Assembly (NCBI GenBank): GCA_963663165.1
Contig: OY760175.1
Coordinates: 2,304,001 to 2,368,000 of the forward strand
Reading direction: 5' to 3'
Origin: an uncultured Desulfospira sp.
GTDB taxonomy: Bacteria; Desulfobacterota; Desulfobacteria; Desulfobacterales; Desulfobacteraceae
Length of the DNA stretch: 64,000 nucleotides
Position numbers and translations under genes: made by a program. The first letter of the stretch is position 1, and every line of letters begins with the position of its first letter. The notes beneath the pieces were generated by a model. The model was given only the letters and a program-made list of their open reading frames with translations, did not search any database and was not told the DNA's origin. Below, piece after piece: positions 55,304-64,000 of this stretch.

Positions 55304-57811
55304 ATGAATTCCAACACTCTGAAATGGTTGTGTATCTGTCTTGTGTTTTCGTTAAATGGGATACTATTTGCTAAAACGGCGAATGCTCTCCCACGCCTTG
55401 ATTTCCCGCCTCCAAATATTTTCATTTATTCTTTTCCAGCTCCAGAGTTTGATTCTGAAAGCGGATTGGTGAAAGGAGAAATTGTTTTAAAAAATACTGG
55501 AGGAAATTATATTGGAGCCTTTCCAATTTCAGTTTGGATTGAAGGACTTGAATCGCAAACCAAGGTATCCGTATGGGTAAACAACATGTCCGGATATGGA
55601 TATACCAGAAGTTTTTCCTACCATTTTAATTGCAATACCGGAATGTATATACTTAACCGGTCATACTGGGTAATGGCTAAAATAGATAACGGCACTTCTC
55701 TCAGAAGTAATGGTTCTTTCCAATATTCAACCCCTGATTACTATAAACCGAACCTAACTTTTGATTTCAGTGATCAAGAAGCTAATGGGTATGTTTTTGA
55801 CTCCGTGACGAATGAAATCTCTTTTTCAAATGCAATTATCAATAAGGGAACATGGGAAGCGGATTTATTTACAGTGACTTGGTATTTTTCCGAAGATGAA
55901 ACTATAGATACCAATGACTTTGAAATTGGTTCGTATACGATTTCTGAAGGATTGTCCGCCTTAAGCCCGTCATATGCATTGTCAGATGTCACTTTCGATT
56001 TGGATAATCTATCAGGATTGACTCCTGGGAATTATTATGTCGGAATTATTATTGATTCCAATGAGGATGTAGCCGAAAGCTGGGAGGATGATAATACAAG
56101 TTATTTTTCGGGCTTTTTCGTTTGGGGCGGGGCAACAGGTCCTGCAAATTTGACGTTTAGCACAATAGAGACAGAACATAGCTGGAGTTATAACACAACT
56201 ACTCATGAATTATATTTAAGAAATACAATTGAAAATACGGGCTCTTTTCAATCTGGTGAATTTAGGGTCAGACGATATTTATACTCATCAGATGTTGGAT
56301 ATATCCTATACGACAGTGAGATAATAGAAGAGTTGTTACCTTCGGGAAAACAGCCGCTAATCAATACAGTTGATCTTGACGAAATTAGCGGTCTGCCTAA
56401 CGGATCGTATTCCATAGTTGTTTTTATAGACGATCAGGAGGTCATTGATGAAACAGATGAAACAGATAACTTTGGTTCATTTGTGGCCGAAGGTGATTCT
56501 ATGTTTGTTTATAACAACAGCTTAAAAGCAAACTTAGGCTTCTACTCAAATTCTGATCAAGGCATTTACAATTCCATGGCATACTATCCTGAAAATCATT
56601 TCATTTATTTTCGCAGCGGAATTGGCAACTATGGCCAGACAGCAGCCCCATCCTTCAAAGTAGGCTATTACCTTTCTGAAGACACAGTGATAGATCCTAA
56701 TGAAGATTATTTTCTATTTTATTGGCTTTTACCAAATGGACTTTTAGGAGGTAGCGCATCTGGTTCAGATATTATTACAAGAAGTTTGGATGTTTATGCC
56801 CCTGATCTTCCAGTTGGCACCTATTATTTTGGTATGTATATTGATCCTGAATTCGCAGTGGATGAATATGATGAATTGCTTAGTGATAATAGTGCCTATT
56901 TTGGGGATTTGAGCCAAATAATCGAATGGACTGGGCCTTATTGCGATGGGGATTTTGAACCCGACGGAGATGTTGACGGATCAGATTTAGAGGTTTTTAT
57001 TACCGAATACAGTGCTGGTTCCTACCAGGCAGAGCATATCCCGATATTTACCCAGAACTTTGGAAAAAACAACTGTGCTACGCTTCCTGTTGGAACTGAA
57101 TCTGCCCAACAAAGCACTTCTTCCGTAATTCCGGCTGAGACGGTAAATAGCCAACTGCTTGGAGAGGTTTCATCAAACTTAGAATTAAGCGTTCAAACTG
57201 TTTTGCAAACAAAAGAGCCCTTAATAGTTTCGACGGCTTCAAAAGAAGCCGACATGAGCTGGCCACTAATTGAAGATTACGCTCCCAGTTCAGAAACAGT
57301 CCAAGCAGAAACTCAAGAAAAGGAAAGGACTCCAGATGAGTTCGTCATTAAAGAAATAAGCTGGAGTGCTTCCAACAACCAGGATGGAGTTGTATCCGGT
57401 GAATTGGAATGGCAGATTAACGAAATCAATCTTGAGTTAGGCACAAATATCATAAATTTAATTGTTACAGATGCCCTCGGCAACATAGCCGAAAAAGAAA
57501 TACAAGTGGTTTACAATGAAATTTTGACAGAAGATGGAACAACAAGACTGCCGGAACAATGGACCCGCAGGCTGACGTATGAATTCAACTTTGACGAAAC
57601 AGATTCCGAGGATACTACGATAACAGCGGCAGATGTAACCATCTGGCTCTGGCCAGATAAGATAATCATGACCGATGATTATTTAAACTCTGATGACCTG
57701 GGTAGTAATCGGATCACGACAGAGGATGGATTTCAATATCACTGGAGCATGGAGTGTGATGGGCTCAATAAGAAAATTCTCTATTTAGATCTTCCTTCAG
57801 AGTTGCTTTGA
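55304..57811 (+). CDS. Secreted acidic protein with CARDB-like Ig repeats and a dockerin-like loop
   Basis: Three NL.F..N.G..F.V.YY.S..G.YY..ID...V.E..E.DN repeats; GDFEPDGDVDGSDL. Confidence 0.75.
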   Translation: MNSNTLKWLCICLVFSLNGILFAKTANALPRLDFPPPNIFIYSFPAPEFDSESGLVKGEIVLKNTGGNYIGAFPISVWIEGLESQTKVSVWVNNMSGYGYTRSFSYHFNCNTGMYILNRSYWVMAKIDNGTSLRSNGSFQYSTPDYYKPNLTFDFSDQEANGYVFDSVTNEISFSNAIINKGTWEADLFTVTWYFSEDETIDTNDFEIGSYTISEGLSALSPSYALSDVTFDLDNLSGLTPGNYYVGIIIDSNEDVAESWEDDNTSYFSGFFVWGGATGPANLTFSTIETEHSWSYNTTTHELYLRNTIENTGSFQSGEFRVRRYLYSSDVGYILYDSEIIEELLPSGKQPLINTVDLDEISGLPNGSYSIVVFIDDQEVIDETDETDNFGSFVAEGDSMFVYNNSLKANLGFYSNSDQGIYNSMAYYPENHFIYFRSGIGNYGQTAAPSFKVGYYLSEDTVIDPNEDYFLFYWLLPNGLLGGSASGSDIITRSLDVYAPDLPVGTYYFGMYIDPEFAVDEYDELLSDNSAYFGDLSQIIEWTGPYCDGDFEPDGDVDGSDLEVFITEYSAGSYQAEHIPIFTQNFGKNNCATLPVGTESAQQSTSSVIPAETVNSQLLGEVSSNLELSVQTVLQTKEPLIVSTASKEADMSWPLIEDYAPSSETVQAETQEKERTPDEFVIKEISWSASNNQDGVVSGELEWQINEINLELGTNIINLIVTDALGNIAEKEIQVVYNEILTEDGTTRLPEQWTRRLTYEFNFDETDSEDTTITAADVTIWLWPDKIIMTDDYLNSDDLGSNRITTEDGFQYHWSMECDGLNKKILYLDLPSELL

Positions 57812-58177
57812 TAGTTTGTCTTTGGTGATTAAAAATTGATTACATAGGAATTTTGGGATAATCTCAACAAACGGTAGTTTGATGGGACAGTTTTAGGAAT
57901 TGGCAACCCAGGACTATTAATGCTTGCTTTTCAAGGAACGGTGTCGGACCCCACATCTTGTGTCCCACCGTTTTTTTGTGCATGAAGGATTATAGAACAT
58001 AAAATTAACTGAGTGTACATGGTATGTAACCGGGCGATTTAAACAATAGGGGTCCTCACCAATAACAGAACAATTGCCCCTTATATAGATCAGCCAACAC
58101 GCATGGCAAAACAGATGGTCAAGGGGGCATGGCGTATATGCCTATAGCCGTGACAAGGCAATTGCTGGAGCTGCTCA

Positions 58178-59164
58178 ATGAAAATTTTAATTGTTAAACT
58201 TGGTGCCTTAGGGGACGTGATCAACACCCTGCCCCTGGCCTGTGCCCTAAAACAGATTCCCGGGTGTACCATTGACTGGCTGGTGGCCCCCTTGTCCCTG
58301 CCCCTGGTTGCGTCCCACAGGGCCGTGGACAAGGTCATTGTGTTCCGGCGTACCGCAAAGTCCGCCCTTGAGGCCGTTACAGCCCTTCGAAAGACCCGGT
58401 ATGACCTGGTTCTCGACCTTCAGCGAATACTAAAATCCGGGCTGTTTACCCTGGCGGCCCGGGCGGACAGGCGGATCGGGTTTGACCGGGAACGGTGCAA
58501 GGAGATGACCTGGCTTTTCCCCTTTGAACGGATCCGGGCAAAGGACCCCGGAGCCCACATGCTGGATCAGTACCTGGAATTTGCCAGCCATCTGGGGCTT
58601 AACCCCGGGGTTCCGGTCTGGGATATCCCAAGGACCGCCCTCCCCTATAAAGGCCTTCCCGACGCTTATGTGGTGTTGAATATCGGGGCCACCAAACCGG
58701 CCAATCTCTGGGATACGGAAAAATTCAGCAAACTGGCTCAAAAAATTCAAACGGTTCTTGATCTTCCCTGCCTGATCACCGGCGGTCCTGAAGATGGCCC
58801 CAGGGCCCAACAGATACTCGCCGACTGTCCGGCACAGGTCATGGATCTGACCGGAAAGACCAGCATTCCCGAACTTATAGAAGTTATTGGCAATGCCAAA
58901 GCCGTTGTCAGCTGCGACACCGGCCCCATGCACCTGGCCGCGGCCCTCAATGTCCCCCTTGTGGCGCTTTTCGGGCCGTCAAACCCCCGCCGGACCGGCC
59001 CTTACCGGGGAACGGTTATCCGGCAGCCGGTAAGCTGTTCTCCATGCAACCTTAAACACTGCACCGCACCGGTCTGCATGGATGCCATTACTCCGGATAT
59101 GGTATTGGGACAACTGGCAACAGAAATAGGAAAGACATCCCTTTTACCGGAGAGCCGCTGTTAA
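58178..59164 (+). CDS. GT9 LPS heptosyltransferase
   Basis: KILIVKLGALGDV, DLQRILKS, SCDTGPMHLAAA..LFGPS. Confidence 0.9.
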   Translation: MKILIVKLGALGDVINTLPLACALKQIPGCTIDWLVAPLSLPLVASHRAVDKVIVFRRTAKSALEAVTALRKTRYDLVLDLQRILKSGLFTLAARADRRIGFDRERCKEMTWLFPFERIRAKDPGAHMLDQYLEFASHLGLNPGVPVWDIPRTALPYKGLPDAYVVLNIGATKPANLWDTEKFSKLAQKIQTVLDLPCLITGGPEDGPRAQQILADCPAQVMDLTGKTSIPELIEVIGNAKAVVSCDTGPMHLAAALNVPLVALFGPSNPRRTGPYRGTVIRQPVSCSPCNLKHCTAPVCMDAITPDMVLGQLATEIGKTSLLPESRC

Positions 59165-59186
59165 TTCAAATTCAAGCATAACAAAA

Positions 59187-59918
59187 CTACCCCGCGCGGG
59201 GCAGAACAAAAAGGCGGCTTAGCAGTTTGGGCAGGCCGTGTTTGGCAACGGCCCGGTCCCACCGTTTCCGGTATCGACGGAACAAAGACAAGGGAGGAAA
59301 ACTTTTCAGACAGGCCTTGTCAAAATCAATGAGAAAAACCCCATCATCCTTTCCAATAAGAACGTTTCCCGGATGAAGGTCGGCGTGGACCATTTTATGT
59401 TTGACCAGAAGATCAACCTGTTCCATGACACGGGGCATGATCTGCCCGGCTTTTTCTTCATTGGCCAGGGACAGGGCCGCAAGGGTTTGCGCCTGTGGAA
59501 TCTGCCGGGTGACAAGCCAGCACCGGTACCAGAATCTTTCCTGCTCCACAACCCCAAGGGGTTCGGGAACCTTGATCCCCTTTTCCCGGGCAAGGGCAAG
59601 CATGACAAATTCCAGATGGGCCCGGCTTTTGCCCCAAGCCCTGAAATACCGGTCCCGGACAACGATCCGGAACAGTCCGCCGCGCAAAAACGGTTTGACC
59701 ACCACCGTCCCTTTTCCCGGAATGTCAAACAGCCTGACCTTAACCCTGCCGCCAAGCACGTTCCCGCCTTCAACCGGGCCGGCTTTGTCATTGTTACGCC
59801 CTTTTGAAAGGCCCGATAAAATCGGCCGGTAATCCTCCGGTTCCAATGGGCCGGACAATCCGACACGGAACCCGGGAAAGGATTGGCTCATTTGCAGACC
59901 TTTATCCATGGCCGCCAT
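59187..59918 (-). CDS. LPS kinase (Kdo kinase/WaaP family)
   Basis: VVKPFLRGGL, SRA..E, HADLHPGNVLI, LIDFDK. Confidence 0.85.
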   Translation of the reverse strand: MAAMDKGLQMSQSFPGFRVGLSGPLEPEDYRPILSGLSKGRNNDKAGPVEGGNVLGGRVKVRLFDIPGKGTVVVKPFLRGGLFRIVVRDRYFRAWGKSRAHLEFVMLALAREKGIKVPEPLGVVEQERFWYRCWLVTRQIPQAQTLAALSLANEEKAGQIMPRVMEQVDLLVKHKMVHADLHPGNVLIGKDDGVFLIDFDKACLKSFPPLSLFRRYRKRWDRAVAKHGLPKLLSRLFVLPRAG

Positions 59919-60927
59919 CCGAAAGTTTCATCACCTGCAGGCATGCGGCCAGAACCTTTTCGGCATCAATCTGCATACAGGCCTTGGTGCCGTTAGGGCA
60001 GGTTTTATGGCCATGGCGGCCGCAGGGCCGGCAGTCCAGATCCGCTTGTTCCACAATCCGCGCCAAAGGATTCTGCCAGGGGCCAAAGCCGAAGCCAGGA
60101 ATTGTGGAACAGAAAACAGCAACCATCGGCCGTTTCAGGGCTGACGCCATGTGCAGGGTCATGCTGTCATTGGTGACCACCAGGCAGGCCCGGCTCATGA
60201 GAAAAAGGGTCTCGGGAAGGGCAAGTCTGCCTGAAAAATCTGCGGCAGCGCCATTCTGGGCAATGTCCCGGCAGGTGCCGGTTTCATCGGGTCCACCCAC
60301 AAGAAGGACCCGGATTCCCATCTGATCCAGCAGGGTGGAAAGGCGGGCAAAGCCCTGCCAATGCCATTGTTTGGTTTCCCAGGCACTGCCCGGGGCCAGG
60401 ACCGCATAAGGTCCGGATTTCGAGACTTCATCCAGGACCGCCGGGGATACGGCGGATTCACCGGGGACAACCAGTCTCATTGCCGGCGCATCCTTGTATG
60501 GTTCAGGATAGGTTTGAACGAGAGAAAGGTTCCGTAAAACGGCATGCCCCTGTTCAAGGCGGTTGACCCGGCGGGTATAAAGAAAGGAAAGGCTGGCATC
60601 GGAGAATCCGATTCGCTCGGGGATTGAGGCCAGAAACAACACCAGCGAGGTCCGGTAAGACCGGTGCAGCGAGTAGACCAGGTCAAAGCGTTTTTTCTTT
60701 AGCTGGGCCGCTTTTTTCAGGATGCCGGCCAGCCCCTTTTCCCGGCCTCTCTTGTCAAATACAATCACCTCGGAAAGATCCGGGTCCAGTGCCATGAGAG
60801 GGGCGGCAAGGGGGGTGGTCATCAATGTCACCGACGCCCCGGGATGACGCTCATGGATGGCCCGGATGACCGGGGTCGAAAGAATCATGTCCCCCAAAAA
60901 ACTGCATTGTACCAATAATATGTTCAT
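59902..60927 (-). CDS. GT9 LPS heptosyltransferase (WaaF-like)
   Basis: SFLGDMILSTP, APGSAWETKQW, TNDSMTLHMASA, CRPCGRHG..C..C. Confidence 0.9.
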   Translation of the reverse strand: MNILLVQCSFLGDMILSTPVIRAIHERHPGASVTLMTTPLAAPLMALDPDLSEVIVFDKRGREKGLAGILKKAAQLKKKRFDLVYSLHRSYRTSLVLFLASIPERIGFSDASLSFLYTRRVNRLEQGHAVLRNLSLVQTYPEPYKDAPAMRLVVPGESAVSPAVLDEVSKSGPYAVLAPGSAWETKQWHWQGFARLSTLLDQMGIRVLLVGGPDETGTCRDIAQNGAAADFSGRLALPETLFLMSRACLVVTNDSMTLHMASALKRPMVAVFCSTIPGFGFGPWQNPLARIVEQADLDCRPCGRHGHKTCPNGTKACMQIDAEKVLAACLQVMKLSDGGHG

Positions 60928-61181
60928 TTTGCCGCAACCCTGTAGATTTCAAGATACCGGTCTTTGGTATGGTTGATGTCAATGGTCCCGATATCTGAAA
61001 GATCCTTCAGGGCCTTTGAAAGGCCCGAACATTTCCGGACCACCGCCGTCTGGCTCAAATATGGGGCAAGGGCTTTGACCGGAAGAAAGGTCTGTCTTTC
61101 ACCTCCCCTGAACCCTTTTCCCAGATTGATATGGCAAAGGTGGATGGGGTTGGGTATGGGCTCGCGGATGGGCTTATTCAA
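60924..61181 (-). pseudogene. Internally deleted GT4 glycosyltransferase remnant
   Basis: GT4-like N-terminus HINLGKGFRGGERQT joined to a GT4-like C-terminus DINHTKDRYLEIY in 85 aa. Confidence 0.65.
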
Positions 61182-62331
61182 AACGTCTTTCCCGCTGTAA
61201 ACTTAAGCTGAAATCCCGGATAAACCCCTTGAACGCCTGTTCCTGGTCAAACCGAAGCTGAATACCGATCACCGCAAGGTCACAGGGCCACCGGGTTTGA
61301 AAATTCATCCGGGCCCAGTCTTTCTCGGTGGTCACCAGCAGCCTGGCCCCGGTCTTTGCCAGCTGTTCCCGGATCATCTCAATGTCCGATGGTGTATATC
61401 TGTAATGATCACTGAATTCAAGATGCGCCGCCACCCGGCACCCTAAGTTCTCCACCGTGGTTGAGAAACTTGAATTTTGAGCAATGCCGGACCAGAGGAC
61501 GGCCTGTTTTCCTTTAAGGTCGGCCAGGTTTTTCTGATGGTTGCCTTCCGCTGATACCCATTGGGCCAGGTACGGGGAATGAAAGGTCCTGAACAGGGGT
61601 TTTGACCTGAACGCCTGGGAAATGGCCTGCCGGTCAGGACTGTCTGAAAAGGTCCTGCCGGCCGGGTGTTCAGGGCACCGGGTCAGGACCACGGCACCAG
61701 CCCTTCCTGCGGCGGTTTCCAAGGGTTCCCTGAGCCGCCCGGCCGGAAGAATCCGGTTATTTCCCAGGGGCCGGTCATGGTCAAAGAGCAGGATATCCAG
61801 ATCCCGCCTTAGCCTTACATGCTGAAACCCGTCATCCAGGATAATCACATCAGGGTTAAACCGTTTAACCGCCGCAAGCCCGGCCTGATACCGGTCCTTT
61901 CCCACCACCACGGGAAAGGCTTTTTGCGCGGCCATCATAAAGGGTTCGTCCCCGGCGGCATCGGCATCCATGAGCAGGTCTTTTCCATCCCCCACAATGC
62001 CAAAGCCTTCTTTCAAACAGCCCTTATATCCCCTGCTGATCACCACCGGTTTTTTTCCCATGGCTAAAAACAAACGGGCCAGATAAACGGCCATGGGGGT
62101 TTTGCCGGTTCCGCCGGCAACCATATTCCCGATGGAGATGACCGGGCAGTCCAGCCGCTTCTGCCTGAACATATTTTTTTGATAAAGCCGGAGCCGAAGT
62201 GTTGCGCCTGCTTTATAAAGAAAAGAAGCGGCGGTTACCAGGCCTTCCAGGGAAAACAGGCGCACGGCAAAATCCTGGTCAGACAACCGGACAATCCGCT
62301 GCTCAAGCTTTTTTAAAAAAGGGTGCGCCAA
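61174..62331 (-). CDS. lpxK: Tetraacyldisaccharide 4'-kinase
   Basis: ISIGNMVAGGTGKTP, ISRGY, GDEP, LDDGFQH, LPAGRLRE, DHY.Y, TTEKD. Confidence 0.96.
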   Translation of the reverse strand: MAHPFLKKLEQRIVRLSDQDFAVRLFSLEGLVTAASFLYKAGATLRLRLYQKNMFRQKRLDCPVISIGNMVAGGTGKTPMAVYLARLFLAMGKKPVVISRGYKGCLKEGFGIVGDGKDLLMDADAAGDEPFMMAAQKAFPVVVGKDRYQAGLAAVKRFNPDVIILDDGFQHVRLRRDLDILLFDHDRPLGNNRILPAGRLREPLETAAGRAGAVVLTRCPEHPAGRTFSDSPDRQAISQAFRSKPLFRTFHSPYLAQWVSAEGNHQKNLADLKGKQAVLWSGIAQNSSFSTTVENLGCRVAAHLEFSDHYRYTPSDIEMIREQLAKTGARLLVTTEKDWARMNFQTRWPCDLAVIGIQLRFDQEQAFKGFIRDFSLSLQRERRFE

Positions 62332-62354
62332 TCTTGTAATTCCTGAGACGTATT

Positions 62355-62529
62355 TCCTGCTTCCTGCCTCTTGTTTCCTGTCTCTTGTCTCTTGTCTCTT
62401 GTCTCTTGTCTCTTGTTTCTTGTCTCTTGTTTCTTGTCTCTTGTTTCTTGTCTCTTGTTTCTTGTCTCTTGTTTCTTGTCTCTTGTTTCTTGTCTCTTGT
62501 TTCTTGTCTCTTGTATCTTGTCTCTTGTC
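62355..62529. repeat. Heptamer VNTR, 25 units of TC(T/C)TG(T/C)N with a 14-mer higher-order core
   Basis: Mostly TCTTGTC/TCTTGTT, from the lptG stop to just before the lpxK RBS. Confidence 0.97.
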
Positions 62530-63606
62530 TCATTCCGCATGCATCAGGTAAATGCACCCGCCGATCAAAAATATCACATTGGTGATCCAGGCCGCCATCA
62601 CAGGGGGAAGCGCACCGGCATATCCCATAGATAAACTCAGGCCATATATGATCCAGTAAAAGAATGAAATGGCCACCCCCAACGCAATGGCCCCGGGCAG
62701 GTTCCGGCCGGCAAAGGAGCGCATCCCGGTGGCTGCCCCGGCCAGTGCCATGATGATGCAGATAAAGGGAAAGGCCAGTTTGCCTTGCATATCCACCTTA
62801 TAGACCCTGGCATCATACCCTTCACTTTCAACCTTATCCACATAGGCTCTCAGCTCAAAAAAGCTCATTTCATCGGTCTTTTTGACCATGGCGCCCAGGT
62901 CCTCGGGTTTGATGTCATAAGCTGTTTCTCGAACAGGTTGGAGCTTTACATTATAATCTTTGGTTTCCGGCTGATAGGTTTGTTCAATGACCTCCTTTAA
63001 AATCCATTTCCCGGACTGGTAAACCCCTTCTTTGGCATCCACCCGGGATATAATCTTAAAATTATCCCCCATGGTTGTGGCCGTGATATCTGAAACGGTT
63101 TTAGCAACCGGATCAAAAAAATTGATATGGACCAGTGTTTTATCGGATTTGATCCAGACATCCTGCCGCCCTTTGGAAACGGTTCCATTCTTCTTAAGTT
63201 CCACATACCGGATATGATTGGCATCTGTCATGGACACCGGGATCAGGGTTTCCCCAAGTAAAAACATGAGACCGGCCAGGAAAAAGGCCGCCCATATGGC
63301 CGGTCTAACCAGAAAATAAACGCTGATGCCGCTGGAGCGGATGGTGGTCAGCTCGTTGTTCCGGTTCATCAGGGCAAACACGGTCAACACCCCGAGCAGG
63401 ATAGCGGCCGGCGTCAATTGAACAAACATAAACGGCACCTTGAGCATCACATACCAAAGCCCCCTTAAAAGGGTGACATCAGACTCAAGGAACTTGTCCA
63501 TCCGTGACAGGTAATCAATAAAAATAAAGACCACCAGAATCAAGATCTGGATGACGAAAAAGAATTTTGTGAATTCTTTGAGCCAGTATTTGTGAAGACA
63601 GGTCAT
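62530..63606 (-). CDS. lptG: LPS export ABC transporter permease LptG
   Basis: Six TMs, RNNELTTIRSSGIS, KLAFPF, LPPVMAAWITN. Confidence 0.9.
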   Translation of the reverse strand: MTCLHKYWLKEFTKFFFVIQILILVVFIFIDYLSRMDKFLESDVTLLRGLWYVMLKVPFMFVQLTPAAILLGVLTVFALMNRNNELTTIRSSGISVYFLVRPAIWAAFFLAGLMFLLGETLIPVSMTDANHIRYVELKKNGTVSKGRQDVWIKSDKTLVHINFFDPVAKTVSDITATTMGDNFKIISRVDAKEGVYQSGKWILKEVIEQTYQPETKDYNVKLQPVRETAYDIKPEDLGAMVKKTDEMSFFELRAYVDKVESEGYDARVYKVDMQGKLAFPFICIIMALAGAATGMRSFAGRNLPGAIALGVAISFFYWIIYGLSLSMGYAGALPPVMAAWITNVIFLIGGCIYLMHAE

Positions 63607-64000
63607 GGGGATTTTTTCCAGGCCAGGTACTTAACCAGGGCGGCAAAGAACTGCCCTACCCATGCCGGCATCCTGACCGGCCTTTCCTTGGCATTGCGCC
63701 ACAACAGGAAACCGCCGGCTCCGCCCATGATGACGTTAGGGACCCACATGCCGATGGCCGGCGGATAATGGCCGCTCTCTCCAATGGACCAGCCCGCAGC
63801 CAGAAGGAAATAATATAAAAGGAAGAAAAAAATCCCCATGCTGAACCCCGAAGACCGTCTCAGGGACAAAGACTGTATCCCCAAGGGGAAGGCCAGAATC
63901 CCCAGGGCGAGACAGGCAAAGGGGATGGAAAATTTCTCATGAAGAACCATGAGGGCCTCACTTTTTTTAAGGGGATCCGGTATCCCGGCTCTCAAATGGG
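63603..64000 (-). CDS. lptF: LPS export permease LptF, 3' part (runs off the window)
   Basis: HEKFSIPFACL..FPLG..YYFL..PPAIGMWVPN; ATGA overlap with lptG. Confidence 0.85.
   Translation of the reverse strand, partial: HLRAGIPDPLKKSEALMVLHEKFSIPFACLALGILAFPLGIQSLSLRRSSGFSMGIFFFLLYYFLLAAGWSIGESGHYPPAIGMWVPNVIMGGAGGFLLWRNAKERPVRMPAWVGQFFAALVKYLAWKKSP

Noticed and set aside
62303..62634. ORFs of RQETRDK / LLSLVSC repeats
   Set aside because: Translation artefacts of the heptamer VNTR; the tract is also not a CRISPR array because it has no unique spacers.

Overview
This is a 64-kb chromosomal window. Gene content suggests a sulfate-reducing deltaproteobacterium of the Desulfobacteraceae type; that assignment is an inference. 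The backbone runs: PSP1/ricT, metG, PBP, a giant GlmS-like protein and an MFS transporter (1-9.2 kb); a TauE/DUF1634 plus multi-receiver phosphorelay cluster (37-45 kb); comF, selB and a GNAT+acyltransferase pair; and an LPS cluster (GT9s, Kdo kinase, lpxK, lptG, lptF; 58-64 kb). A nested accessory island occupies about 9.3-36.7 kb. It contains a putative AbiC + tandem-DUF262 defence pair and a ~5.2-kb element combining a frameshift-split tyrosine recombinase, an iteron/antisense-switch/CHC2 zinc-finger module, a DDE transposase and an AAA ATPase. It also contains two oppositely oriented RIT (recombinase-in-trio) elements with exact ends (19151-23863, 29448-33510). Each RIT inserted with a 6-bp repeat into mutually homologous, dif-like non-coding sites that bracket an IS-interrupted VPA1262-like PLD-nuclease operon. 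The island ends in a toxin-antitoxin cluster fused to a truncated adenylate cyclase. Two smaller AT-rich inserts are present: an ATPase+TOPRIM-like pair bounded by a duplicated comF 3' end, and a sorting-signal/CARDB surface-protein pair. No rRNA, tRNA or CRISPR array was seen. All family assignments come from motif recognition by eye, without database searches.
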